Assembly (NCBI GenBank): GCA_013373325.1
Contig: JABXIA010000057.1
Coordinates: 5,896 to 69,895 of the forward strand
Origin: Paracoccaceae bacterium
GTDB taxonomy: Bacteria > Pseudomonadota > Alphaproteobacteria > Rhodobacterales > Rhodobacteraceae
Length of the DNA stretch: 64,000 bases
Reading direction: 5' to 3'
Shown here piece after piece: positions 1 to 9,175 of this stretch. Every line of letters starts with the position of its first letter. Position 1 is the stretch's first letter. A model generated the notes under the pieces. That model worked only from the letters and a program-made list of their open reading frames with translations, made no database searches and was not told the origin of the DNA. A program made the position numbers and the translations under genes.

Positions 1-198
1 GCCGCTGCCGCGGCCCGGCCGGCGGAACCGGCGCTGGCCTCCGAAGGCCAACCCCAGGCGGACAACCCGCAGGAGGTGCAGCCCGGCCGCGTCATGCCGC
101 GCCGGGTGCGTCCGCAAGGCGCCAAGCGTACCCCGCGCCCCGGCGCGCGCCGGGATGCGGATCTGGCAGCCCTGCGCAGGGAATTGCTGGAGAGCTGA
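1..198 (+). CDS. 3' end of a CDS truncated by the window edge (Ala/Pro/Arg-rich C-terminus), function unknown
   Basis: Frame 1 is open from base 1 to TGA at 196-198 (AAAARPAEP...LAALRRELLES*) with GC3-rich codons. Confidence 0.6.
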   Translation, partial: AAAAARPAEPALASEGQPQADNPQEVQPGRVMPRRVRPQGAKRTPRPGARRDADLAALRRELLES

Positions 199-285
199 AA
201 AAAGAGGCTTGTAATCCCGGGCCCGTTACGGTTGTGAATTGACCTGCGGGCCGGGCGGAACCGGCCCATCAGGCAAGGGCGCATT

Positions 286-651
286 ATGACGGTATCGGAA
301 GAACTGGACAGTCTGCACGCTCAGTTTCCCGCCTGCGGGACGGTGGCCTATGCGGATCTGGCCGCGGGCATGGTGCTGGTGGCCAACAGCCAGTCGCCGC
401 TGGACCGCCATGCGCTGGATGCGCTCTGTGCCCAGGCCGGCTGCCTACTGGGTGAAAACAGCGCGCCGCCCCTCGGGTCCGGCGCGCCTGCCTTTGCGCT
501 GGCGCGGGAGCCGGGCAGGCTGATGCTGGCCTTCAAGTCGCCGCGGCAGCCGACCGATGCGCTTTTGTGCCTTGCGGCGCCGGATCTGGATCTGGGCGCG
601 TTTCAGGCCGCCGCCCGCGACTGCCTGGACCGGATCACCGCAGATGGCTGA
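286..651 (+). CDS. Hypothetical protein, possible roadblock/LC7 (MglB-like) fold
   Basis: 121 aa ORF; by eye a helix-strand-strand-helix-strands-helix pattern (VAYADLAAGMVL...LMLAFK...ALLCLA) of roadblock size. The fold call is inference. Confidence 0.55.
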   Translation: MTVSEELDSLHAQFPACGTVAYADLAAGMVLVANSQSPLDRHALDALCAQAGCLLGENSAPPLGSGAPAFALAREPGRLMLAFKSPRQPTDALLCLAAPDLDLGAFQAAARDCLDRITADG

Positions 652-690
652 CGGACCGGCGCACCACGACCTTCGAACGGGAATTTCAGA

Positions 691-1479
691 GTGACTCACG
701 ACGACGCAATTGCCGGCAACCTGGCGGCCCTCGGCGCCCGGCAGACCGTGTTCCGGGATGGCAGACGGGTTCTGTCCAACGGGCTGTTCCCGCCGCCGCT
801 GCCCGCCCTGCTGCAGGAAATCGGCACCACGGTGCTGCAGCGGCAGCTGACCTTCCAGGCCGGCGCCAGCGCGCTGTCCTTTGTGGTGTCCGAACGGCGG
901 CTGATGGCGCTGGTCTCTGCCAGCAGCGATCTGGAAGAGGTGCAGCATCTGGCCGGCCAGGGCCTGTCCCATGACCAGCCGGAGGTGCTGGAAGCCGTTG
1001 CCGCGGCCATGGTGCGGCTGGCGCAGGCCGAGGAACCGCTGACGGTTGAGACCGCCTTTGCCGCGCCCGGCGGCAGCCCGGCCGGGCTGGGACTGCCGGC
1101 GGCGATGCTGGAAGAGGTGATGGAGCTGGACCCGGGCGAGCAGGAACGGCCGATGGAATTTTTCATCGAGGCCGCCGCCGGTATGTATTCGGCCTGCCTG
1201 CTGCACGCGGGCGGCGCCTGGCTGGGCGGCGGCGAGGATGCAGCTGTGCTGACTGCGCTGCAGAAGATTGCCGATGCGCAGTGGGACCGGTTCCAAGCAT
1301 CTTATGCCAAACATGCGGCGCTGACAGAAACGCCGCGGCTGATTTCGCTGGGTCCGGTTCTGGACGGCGGCAGCTGTGTGTCGGTTGTCTGGGCGGATGG
1401 CGAATGCGCCCTGTTCGCCCATGGCGAGGCGGATCTGGCCGGACTGCACGGCATCTGGCAGCGGGTTTTCACCCTGTAA
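691..1479 (+). CDS. Hypothetical two-domain protein (possible PATAN/DUF4388-like N-terminus, roadblock/profilin-like C-terminus)
   Basis: 262 aa ORF with coding-like codon usage, co-oriented with 286-651; domain guesses are by eye only. Confidence 0.55.
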   Translation: MTHDDAIAGNLAALGARQTVFRDGRRVLSNGLFPPPLPALLQEIGTTVLQRQLTFQAGASALSFVVSERRLMALVSASSDLEEVQHLAGQGLSHDQPEVLEAVAAAMVRLAQAEEPLTVETAFAAPGGSPAGLGLPAAMLEEVMELDPGEQERPMEFFIEAAAGMYSACLLHAGGAWLGGGEDAAVLTALQKIADAQWDRFQASYAKHAALTETPRLISLGPVLDGGSCVSVVWADGECALFAHGEADLAGLHGIWQRVFTL

Positions 1480-1518
1480 GGTGAAAACCCTTGCTGTTCT
1501 TCCGCAGCTTGGCCGCCT

Positions 1519-2838
1519 TCAGGCGGCGAGCTGCGCCTGCATGTCCCGTTTCAGCTGAAGCAGAATGCTGGTGGCATCAAACAGCGACGTGCCGTCCTGT
1601 TCCACCTGGATCAGCTGAATGAGGTCTTCCGCTTCCGACACCGCGCCGCGGATCTCTGCCAGCGCGTTGCCGCCGTTGCCGCCATACTCCTCGAAATGGC
1701 TGTCCAGCCACTGCACCGACTTCAGGGCAGTACGGATCAGCTGGCTGCTGCTGCCGGTGCCGGTGCTGTCCTGCAGCGCCTGGCCCATGCTGCGCCCCTG
1801 CGCGGACAGGTAGTCCAGCGCCTGATCATAGGCCAGCCGGGCCTCCGGGCTGAGCGCCGCGTCCTGCGGTGCTGCGGAGGCTGCGGCCGCAACAGGCGCC
1901 TGTGCCACGGGGGCAGGGCGGTCCGGTGCAGGTGTTTCCGGCGCAAGCGGAGCGTCCGGCTCTGCCAGGGGGGCCACAGGAGGGGGCGGTGCCGCGGTTT
2001 CCGCAGCAGGGACCGGAGCGGGCGCAGGCGCGTATTTCGCCAGCAGCACACCAGCCTGATCCAGCGCTGCCTGACGCCGCAGCTTCACCTCATGCATGAT
2101 GGCCGAGATCAGCGCCTGCCCGCCGGAACGGCGCAGCCGGTCGCGGTCCACCGTGCCATCAGGCGCCCTTGCGGCCTGTGCCTCCAGCGCGGCCAGCGGC
2201 AGGATGCCGTTGAACTGTTCGGAGGCCGCGTCCTGAATACCGGCCAGCGCGGGGGCAAGCCGGTCCTGGGCCGCCAGCTCATCCGCCTTGGTCACCAGAA
2301 GGAAAGCGCCGTCCTTCATCTGCTCCGGCGCGCGCGCCCAGGCGGCCTGTTCAGCCGGGGTGAAGTCCTGGGTGCACCACAGGGCAATGCCGGTCCGCTG
2401 GGCAGCCCAGGGCACCGCGCGTTCCAGCGCAGAGGCATCCGGCGCAGAAATCTCCAGGAGGCTGATCTGGTTCAGGGCGGGCAGGGGCAGCTGCGCCTCG
2501 GCAAAGACCGCACCCCGGGCCGCCAGCGCGCCGGTGTCGAAACCGGGGAGGCTGAAGCCGCTGCCATCCGCCAGCACGCCGCTGCAGGCCGCGGTTCCGC
2601 CGCCGCTGATCTGCAGGGTGGGCAGCGAGACGCCCGCCGGGATCACCTGGCTGCCCAGCAGCAGGTTGGCGACGCTGGACTTTCCCGACCCGGCCAGGCC
2701 GAACAGGGTGACGGCCACCGGTTTTTCCAGCTGCTCCAGCAGCGTCCCGGTGCCGGACTGCAGGCGGGCAGGGATCCGGCCCTCTGCCAATGCTTGCCGC
2801 AGAGATGCGGCAGCGGCGGCGGTTTCCGCTTGAGTCAT
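1519..2838 (-). CDS. Dynamin-like/P-loop GTPase-domain protein with degenerate G3
   Basis: G1 GLAGSGKSS followed by VANLLLG; G4 LLVTKADEL; G3 position reads ISLLEISAP instead of DxxG; Pro/Ala linker and helical C-terminus. Confidence 0.7.
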   Translation of the reverse strand: MTQAETAAAAASLRQALAEGRIPARLQSGTGTLLEQLEKPVAVTLFGLAGSGKSSVANLLLGSQVIPAGVSLPTLQISGGGTAACSGVLADGSGFSLPGFDTGALAARGAVFAEAQLPLPALNQISLLEISAPDASALERAVPWAAQRTGIALWCTQDFTPAEQAAWARAPEQMKDGAFLLVTKADELAAQDRLAPALAGIQDAASEQFNGILPLAALEAQAARAPDGTVDRDRLRRSGGQALISAIMHEVKLRRQAALDQAGVLLAKYAPAPAPVPAAETAAPPPPVAPLAEPDAPLAPETPAPDRPAPVAQAPVAAAASAAPQDAALSPEARLAYDQALDYLSAQGRSMGQALQDSTGTGSSSQLIRTALKSVQWLDSHFEEYGGNGGNALAEIRGAVSEAEDLIQLIQVEQDGTSLFDATSILLQLKRDMQAQLAA

Positions 2839-2840
2839 TC

Positions 2841-3791
2841 CTAACGCCCTTTCCCGGCCAGCCGGACCACCTTGGCATCCTGCTCCGGCAGGGACGGCCC
2901 GTCATAGGAGTTGCTGTTCATGGCCACCACGCGGGTTGCGCTGGCCGATTGGTCGCCCACCAGGTCAACCGGCTTGCGGCGCATCTTGCGGGTCACCGGC
3001 TTGTTGTGGTTGAGCTTGATCACCGCAAAGGAAATGTTGTCCTGATCCGGGTCCGCCAGATCATCCAGCGCCGCCAGCAGCCGTTCGACGATTTCCGCGC
3101 TCTTGCGGCGGCGGTACTTGTGCAGGATCTTCTCGATCCGTGCGTCCTCGAGGAACTGCAGACCGTCGCTGGAGACAACCACCAGGTCGCCGACCTCCAG
3201 CCGGAACGGGGCCTTGGGGCAGTCGGTGCGGGTCACCCTGTCGCCCAGGATGACCGAGGTCAGGCAGTTGCGGTCGGGATGGTCGCGGCCGGCTTCGGCG
3301 TCCAGCAGGCCCGCCTTGACCATCATGTCGATCTGCGGTGCCATCGAGTGGTCCTCGTTCAGCTGCTGCAGCTTGCCGCCGCGCATCAGGTAGAGCGGCG
3401 AGTCGCCGATCGACAGCCAGTACAGGCGGTCCTCGATCATCACCACCGACACCAGGGTCGCGCCCATGCCGCGGACGCTGGGATTGTCCTGGACATATTC
3501 CTGCACGCAGGTGTTGGCCTCTGCCGCGGCGTGGGTCAGGTGATAGGGGATCTGTTTTTCGTACTCGGCGAAGTTGACGCTTTCGAACTTCAGCTTGCTG
3601 AAGGCCTCGGTCACCACCATCTTGGAGGCGACATCGCCGGCCGCGTGGCCGCCCATGCCATCCGCCAGGATGGCCATGCCGATGTCGGTGCCGGCCGGGA
3701 AGTCGGTGATGATGGCGTCTTCCTGGTAGTCGCGCGCGCCCTGGCAGATGGCGGCGGCAACGTCAAAGCGCGGTTCAGGCGATTTCCACAT
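2841..3791 (-). CDS. PP2C-family Ser/Thr protein phosphatase
   Basis: Motifs RDYQED, ADGMGGH, GDSPLY, SSDGL, QDNIS. Confidence 0.93.
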   Translation of the reverse strand: MWKSPEPRFDVAAAICQGARDYQEDAIITDFPAGTDIGMAILADGMGGHAAGDVASKMVVTEAFSKLKFESVNFAEYEKQIPYHLTHAAAEANTCVQEYVQDNPSVRGMGATLVSVVMIEDRLYWLSIGDSPLYLMRGGKLQQLNEDHSMAPQIDMMVKAGLLDAEAGRDHPDRNCLTSVILGDRVTRTDCPKAPFRLEVGDLVVVSSDGLQFLEDARIEKILHKYRRRKSAEIVERLLAALDDLADPDQDNISFAVIKLNHNKPVTRKMRRKPVDLVGDQSASATRVVAMNSNSYDGPSLPEQDAKVVRLAGKGR

Positions 3792-4593
3792 GTTCCGCCT
3801 CCTGCCCGCCAGCGCTGGTCCAGTTGAAGTCTTTGCCGCAGAGCGCCATGAAACGCAGGGTGGTTTCGCCCAGGCGGATCAGGTCGCCGCTGTTCAGCAC
3901 CTCGTTGCTGATCACCGGCTGGCCGTTCAGGCGCACGATGTTGCTCTTGCCGCCGTGGCCCAGATAGAATTGCGAGCTTTCGGGATCAAAGACGATGGCA
4001 GCATGGTTGCTGCGGGAGATCGCGGTGTCGCCGAAATCCAGCGCAACCGCCTGATCCTCGCCGCGGCCGATGGCCGACATGCCGGCCTTGAGCGTGAAGC
4101 TCTCGCCATAGCCCGGGCCGTCGGCGACCACGATCCAGCCCACCGGGAACTTGGTGTCGCGGGCCGGGGCGGCGGCGCCGGTGCTGTCGAACAGGTTGAC
4201 GACATCGCCGTCGGAGGTGTCAAAGCCGAGGAGGCGGGTCTTGGCGCGGCGCTTGCGGGCCGGGGCGGCGCTGACATGCGCGGTCAGGTCCGGCAGGTCG
4301 CCGCCGGGCTGGGGCATCTGCGCCGCGCCAGCGGGCGGGGCAGCCGGGGCGGCAGGGTCCAGATCCCAGATGCCGGCTGCCGGACTCGCGGCGGGCATGG
4401 CGGCGGTTTCCGGCTGGCTGTCTGCAGCCTGGTCCGCCTGCGGGTCCAGATCCAGTTCCACGGAGCGGGTGTGCTGGGCGACGGCCTTTAGCACTTCCTG
4501 CTGCATCGTCTCGTCTGCGACCTGCAGCCTCTCCATCGGGGCGGGCTCAGAAAGCGGGTCCTGCCGTCCGATAAGTTTTCCGAAAAATCCCAT
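3775..4593 (-). CDS. FHA domain-containing protein
   Basis: C-terminal FHA motifs IGRG, ISRSNHA, SNIVRLNG, LNSGDLIRLG; low-complexity N-terminus; overlaps the PP2C start. Confidence 0.9.
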   Translation of the reverse strand: MGFFGKLIGRQDPLSEPAPMERLQVADETMQQEVLKAVAQHTRSVELDLDPQADQAADSQPETAAMPAASPAAGIWDLDPAAPAAPPAGAAQMPQPGGDLPDLTAHVSAAPARKRRAKTRLLGFDTSDGDVVNLFDSTGAAAPARDTKFPVGWIVVADGPGYGESFTLKAGMSAIGRGEDQAVALDFGDTAISRSNHAAIVFDPESSQFYLGHGGKSNIVRLNGQPVISNEVLNSGDLIRLGETTLRFMALCGKDFNWTSAGGQEAEHVEIA

Positions 4594-4696
4594 GTCGTCT
4601 GCCTTTTTTTGGTTGTTACAGGCGTCCGTGCAGTCACGGCAGGCGCCCGGTTTTCCCTATCTGCGGAGAGCCGCCCGTCCGCGGCCCCTGCGGCCT

Positions 4697-4724
4697 GCCA
4701 TGCCCCCGCTGCCGGGGGCATGGC
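4697..4724 (-). terminator. GC-rich stem-loop downstream of the LysM-SBP genes (terminator or mRNA-stabilising hairpin)
   Basis: GCCATGCCCCC-gctgcc-GGGGGCATGGC, perfect 11-bp stem just after the stop at 4736; no clear U-tract. Confidence 0.5.
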
Positions 4725-4735
4725 GGTTGACCGGA

Positions 4736-5833
4736 TCAGCTGCCGATCTTGTTGAACTCGGCCAGGCTGTCGGCGATGATCGCGTACCATTCGCCGCTTT
4801 CGCGCATCTCGTTCAGGCCCTTGTTCAGAAGGGTCAGATAGACGCGGCCGCGCGGGTTGGTCTTATGCGTCACGAAGTGGATCGCCTGCAGCTGCGACAG
4901 GTTGGAGTTCAGCTGCACCTTGCCTTCGGCTTCCGCCACTTCGCGGACTGCGGCATCGCCTGCTTCGAGGTCCAGCAGCGCCATGTCGGCCTCGCCGGTC
5001 ACCAGCTTGCGGATGCATTCAACCGCAGAGGTCGGATGCACAAGGGAGATCACCGGCTCCACCAGGCCTTCGCCGGACAGCTCAGCCAGGGACCAGCCTT
5101 CGGGGCGGCAGATCTTGGCGCCGGCGTAATCCGCATAGTCCTTGACGTTGGCATAGGGGTTGTCGGCCATGGTCCAGTGGGCGGACACCGATTCATAGAT
5201 CGGCAGCGAGAAGTTCAGCTGCGTGCAGCGGTACTTGGTGTCGGCGTCGGTGTTTTCGAGGTTGGAGCAATCCGCCGGCTTGTACCAGGCGATCGACACG
5301 TCGAAGGCGCCCAGCGGCAGCAGGGTGTCGAAGTGGGCCTTCCAGTCGTCCACGAAGCTGAGGTTGTATTCACGGTCGTTGCCGCCGCGGTTCAGTGCGG
5401 TGGTAGCCAGGCGCACCAGCATGCCGCCGCCCTTGAGGCTTTCGCCGGTGAAGGGTTCCCAGCCGTTGCCGGACACCATCTTGATCGGCGGCTCATAGAT
5501 GCTGGACTTGGCCCGCTTGGCCTGTTTTTCCTCTTCCTGTGCGATGATGTCGGTGACATCGCTGTCGGCGGTCAGGCGGCCGTCTTCACAGGGGATCTGC
5601 AGAACGGTGCCGGCCTCCAGGCTGTTGGGGTTGGCAATCGCGTTGCGGTTGGCGTTGAAGATCATCTGATAGTCAAAGGAGCCATAGGCGGCCTGGGCGA
5701 TGGAGCCGAGGCTGTCGCCGTCCTGAACGGTATAGGGGGCACAGGCCTCCTGCGCGGCTGCCGAAGTGGAGATGAACAGGGCGGCGGAAACGGTGGTTGC
5801 GCTGTATTGAACCAGGGATTTGATCATCGACAT
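4736..5833 (-). CDS. Secreted LysM + family-3-like solute-binding domain fusion protein (paralog 1)
   Basis: Signal peptide ending AAAQE; LysM YTVQDGDSLGSIA...NPNSLEAGTVLQIP; PBP-like WEPFTG...LNKGLNEMRESGEW. Start placed at ATG 5833 after an RBS. Confidence 0.85.
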   Translation of the reverse strand: MSMIKSLVQYSATTVSAALFISTSAAAQEACAPYTVQDGDSLGSIAQAAYGSFDYQMIFNANRNAIANPNSLEAGTVLQIPCEDGRLTADSDVTDIIAQEEEKQAKRAKSSIYEPPIKMVSGNGWEPFTGESLKGGGMLVRLATTALNRGGNDREYNLSFVDDWKAHFDTLLPLGAFDVSIAWYKPADCSNLENTDADTKYRCTQLNFSLPIYESVSAHWTMADNPYANVKDYADYAGAKICRPEGWSLAELSGEGLVEPVISLVHPTSAVECIRKLVTGEADMALLDLEAGDAAVREVAEAEGKVQLNSNLSQLQAIHFVTHKTNPRGRVYLTLLNKGLNEMRESGEWYAIIADSLAEFNKIGS

Positions 5834-5915
5834 GAGAGTTAGTTCCTTTTCAATGGGGCACCGCCGTTGCGCAGGGGGCTGCTGGCAGTGGGTCATGGTT
5901 TGTGTTGGGGGGAGG

Positions 5916-7079
5916 TCAGTTGGTGAGGGTTCTGATTTCGCGTTGCAGGGCCTTGGAGACGATGGCGTACCACTCGCCGGAGACGGACATGTCCTTCAGC
6001 CCGCTGTTGAGCAGATCCAGGGTCTCCTGAGCCCGGGGGTGATCCTTGTGAACGATGGCGTGCAGGGACTTCACCTCGCCGAGGTTCGGGTTTTCCTTGA
6101 TCTGGCCGGCCAGGCCCATGGTGGCGAGCGTGTCGCTGGCAACCAGGGTATCAAGGGCGACCACATCCACGGCGCCGGCGGTCAGCGCGGTAAAGCATTC
6201 CGCGATCTGGACCGGGCGGTAGAATTTCACGGTTTGCTCCGTCAGGCCCGCGGTATCCAGATGGGCCATGGAATAGCCCTCGGGGCGGCAGATCCGGGTG
6301 CCCATCAGCGCGTCATAATCAAAGGCGGCGGCATAGGGGCTGCCAGTGGCGGCAAAGAAGCCGTCGACCACTTCATAGAAGGGATCGGAGAAGCGGTAGT
6401 TGTCGCAGCGGAACTTGTCGCCGGCGGACAGCAGGCCGTAGTCGCCGCAGTTGGGCTTCAGCCAGGGGAAGGAGCCTTCGAACGCCATTGCAGGCAGCAG
6501 GGTTTCCAGATGCGATTCCCAGTCGTTGACAAAGGTCACTGAGACCTCGGTCTGCGGCGCGGCGCGCAGGGCGGCGGTTTCGATCAGCTGGGTGAACATG
6601 CCGCGGCCGGGCAGGTCCTCGCCGGTGAAGGGCGGGAAATCATTGCCGGTGATCAGAACCATCGGTTCCGGCGCAGCTGTGGCTGCCGGCGCCTCTGCGG
6701 GCACGGCGTCTGCCGCTGCGGTTTCAGTTGCCGGCGCCTCTGCGGCAGCGGTTTCTGCGGCGGATGCCTCCTGAACCTCCGCTGCCGGGGCTTTGGCTTC
6801 CTGAGCTGCGGGTGCCTCAGCCGGCAGGCTGCCGTCAGCGCAGGGCAGGACCAGCTGCATGCCGATTTCAATGATGTTCGGGTTGCGGCCGATGACAGCG
6901 CTATTGGCGTCGTAGACAACCCGGAACCTGGAATGCCCATAGGCTTTCTCGGTGATTTCCCGCAGGTTGTCGCCGGACTGGACCTCGTACACTTGGCAGG
7001 CTTCCTGAGCCTGGGCAGACTGTCCGGCTGCCGCGATGGCGATCAGGGAAGCCCCCATATATTTAGCAGTATTGCGCAT
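5916..7079 (-). CDS. Secreted LysM + family-3-like solute-binding domain fusion protein (paralog 2)
   Basis: Signal peptide ending AQAQE; LysM YEVQSGDNLREI...NPNIIEIGMQLVLP; Ala/Pro/Glu linker; FPPFTG...LNSGLKDMSVSGEW. Confidence 0.85.
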   Translation of the reverse strand: MRNTAKYMGASLIAIAAAGQSAQAQEACQVYEVQSGDNLREITEKAYGHSRFRVVYDANSAVIGRNPNIIEIGMQLVLPCADGSLPAEAPAAQEAKAPAAEVQEASAAETAAAEAPATETAAADAVPAEAPAATAAPEPMVLITGNDFPPFTGEDLPGRGMFTQLIETAALRAAPQTEVSVTFVNDWESHLETLLPAMAFEGSFPWLKPNCGDYGLLSAGDKFRCDNYRFSDPFYEVVDGFFAATGSPYAAAFDYDALMGTRICRPEGYSMAHLDTAGLTEQTVKFYRPVQIAECFTALTAGAVDVVALDTLVASDTLATMGLAGQIKENPNLGEVKSLHAIVHKDHPRAQETLDLLNSGLKDMSVSGEWYAIVSKALQREIRTLTN

Positions 7080-7181
7080 TAAATCTGTCCTTCGTGGGTC
7101 AGAGAGGCAGAGCTCTCCCGGGGACGGCCGCTGGTGGGGCTGACCGCCTGATGCTTGTGATTGTGGGAATGGCTGGCGGGG

Positions 7182-9116
7182 TTAGCTGTTTCCCGCCAGT
7201 TCCAGGCTGGCTGAGGCCGCGGCCCCGTCGCGCAGGATGTCGAAGGTTGCGGTCGCGGCGCCCTTGTCCTGCAGGCCCTGCAGGATCTCCGCCAGCGACT
7301 CGGCGCCGGCCAGAGCGGTGCCGGTGGCGGATTCACGCAGCAGCACGTCGCCGGGCTGCAGATCCGCGGATCCCTGGGCAGCCTGCTGGCTGACGGAGGT
7401 GACCCAGGCGCCGTCCTGCATCCGCGCCTCGAACTGCAGGCCGCTGTTCAGGCCGGTCCGGCGCACCACCGGAACCGCCAGCAGCCCCATTTCGAACCGC
7501 TTGCTTTCGGCGTCCTTGTAGCGGACGGAGGCGCGGGTGTAGCCGTCGGGGTCGATCTGCATTGCGGTCAGCAGCTGCGATGCGAAGGGCGAGCCCGCTG
7601 TCAGCGGCTGATTGTTGACGGTCAGGATTTCCACGCCCGGAGCAATCCAGCTGCCGGTCTTGCTGAGGTCAGTGGTGTCGCCGGTGCCGGTGATGGACAC
7701 AACCTGCGCCTTGCGGACGGTCTGTTCTTCATACTCGAAAGGGATCGAGACATCCCACAACGCATAGCTGACCTCATGGCCCGCAAAGGGCGCGGGGGCT
7801 GCCGCCGGTTCCGGCTGCGCAGGCTCGGCAACTGCCGCAGTTTCCTCAGGGACGTCTGCGGGGACCGGCTCTGCCGCCTGCACCGCGGGTTCGGCGGGGG
7901 CTGCAGCTTCTGTTTCTGCCGCAGCTGCGACGCTGACCGCTTCCGCGGCCGCAGCAGGGGCCGGATCCGCGGCAACCGGCGCCGGTTCCGCAATTGCTGC
8001 GGTTTCAACCGCTGCTGCGGGCTGCTCTGCCGCTGCATCCTCCTGGGTGTTGCCATAGTAGACGTAGCCGGCAGCGCCCAGACCGGCCACAACCGCCAGA
8101 ACGGAGACGGCCGGAAGGCGGCTGCGCTTCTTTTCCTCATGGACCGGGGCTGCGGTGCTGTTGGCCGCCTGCGGCGCGGCCGCCGCGGGCTTCTTGCCGT
8201 CCAGCATCGCCAGCCAGTCTTCCGCCGATTGCAGGCGCATGGAGGGCTTGGTGTTCATCGCCTTGTCGATGGCCTCCAGGAAGCCCTCGGCATAGCCGTC
8301 CACGGCACCGGCCAGCGGCTCATAGGGGTCGGGGCGCTGTTCGGCGATGGCGACCAGGCGGGCCTGGCCGTTCACCGGCGCCTCGCCGCGGATCACGTGG
8401 TAGAGGGAGGCCGCCAGCGCATAGAGATCGCTGAAGGGGCCCTGTTCGCTGCCGGCAATGTAGAATTCCTGCGGCGAGTAGCCGTCCTTGACGACCCGCA
8501 GCGCAGAATGCTTGCGGCCGTCCTCGCTGGTGTCTTCGCGGGCAGCGCCGAAATCGATCAGCACCGGCTCGCCCTCTGCGGTGAGCAGGATGTTGTCGGG
8601 GGAAATGTCGCGGTGCAGCAGGTTGGCGTCATGCACATACCCGATGGCGTCCAGCAGCTTGCGGGTCATGCTGGTGATCTGGTCCGGGGTCAGAACGGTG
8701 TTCTGATCCTCCAGGATGTCCTGCAGGTCGCGGCCGTCGACATAGTCGATTGCCATATAAGCCGTGTCGTTGTCCTCGAACACCTGATGCACGCCGACGA
8801 TGTTGGGGTGCTTCAGCTTGGACAGGCTCTGGGCTTCACGGATGAAGTGGCGGATGATCGACTTCAGCTCGCTCTGATGCGCCCGGGACCGGGCACTGAC
8901 CAGCGCGTTGGTCCGGCGGCAGAAAGCATCCGCAAAGCATTCCTTGATCACCACCGTCCGGTCCAGGCTGTCCTTGGCAAGATAGGTGATGCCGAAGCCG
9001 CCGTTGTTCAGAAAGCGCGTGATGGTGTACTGGCCGTGGAGCAGAGTTGTGCCCGGCTGCAGATCATCCTGTTGATCCGCGTCAACTGAAGTCTCAACAA
9101 GCGAATTGAGTGCCAT
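7182..9116 (-). CDS. Hanks-type Ser/Thr protein kinase, single transmembrane helix, periplasmic PDZ-like C-terminus
   Basis: GGFGITY, VVIKE, HRDISPDN, DFG, YSPQE motifs; TM LPAVSVLAVVAGLGAAGYVYY; C-terminal PGVEILTVNNQPL and LQPGDVLL segments resemble PDZ. Confidence 0.93.
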   Translation of the reverse strand: MALNSLVETSVDADQQDDLQPGTTLLHGQYTITRFLNNGGFGITYLAKDSLDRTVVIKECFADAFCRRTNALVSARSRAHQSELKSIIRHFIREAQSLSKLKHPNIVGVHQVFEDNDTAYMAIDYVDGRDLQDILEDQNTVLTPDQITSMTRKLLDAIGYVHDANLLHRDISPDNILLTAEGEPVLIDFGAAREDTSEDGRKHSALRVVKDGYSPQEFYIAGSEQGPFSDLYALAASLYHVIRGEAPVNGQARLVAIAEQRPDPYEPLAGAVDGYAEGFLEAIDKAMNTKPSMRLQSAEDWLAMLDGKKPAAAAPQAANSTAAPVHEEKKRSRLPAVSVLAVVAGLGAAGYVYYGNTQEDAAAEQPAAAVETAAIAEPAPVAADPAPAAAAEAVSVAAAAETEAAAPAEPAVQAAEPVPADVPEETAAVAEPAQPEPAAAPAPFAGHEVSYALWDVSIPFEYEEQTVRKAQVVSITGTGDTTDLSKTGSWIAPGVEILTVNNQPLTAGSPFASQLLTAMQIDPDGYTRASVRYKDAESKRFEMGLLAVPVVRRTGLNSGLQFEARMQDGAWVTSVSQQAAQGSADLQPGDVLLRESATGTALAGAESLAEILQGLQDKGAATATFDILRDGAAASASLELAGNS

Positions 9117-9175
9117 TTTGTTGCTCCCGTCTCAATGTTGTCTGGCCGCTGCGTCTGCTGCTGCCCGCTTCTTGC

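Noticed and set aside
6670..8040. Repetitive Ala/Pro/Glu-coding stretches in the LysM-SBP and kinase genes
   Set aside because: Low-complexity protein linkers, not DNA repeat arrays or CRISPR
2841..9116. Type VI secretion regulatory module (ppkA/pppA/fha)
   Set aside because: No tss/hcp/vgrG genes are visible in the window; cannot be excluded beyond the left edge
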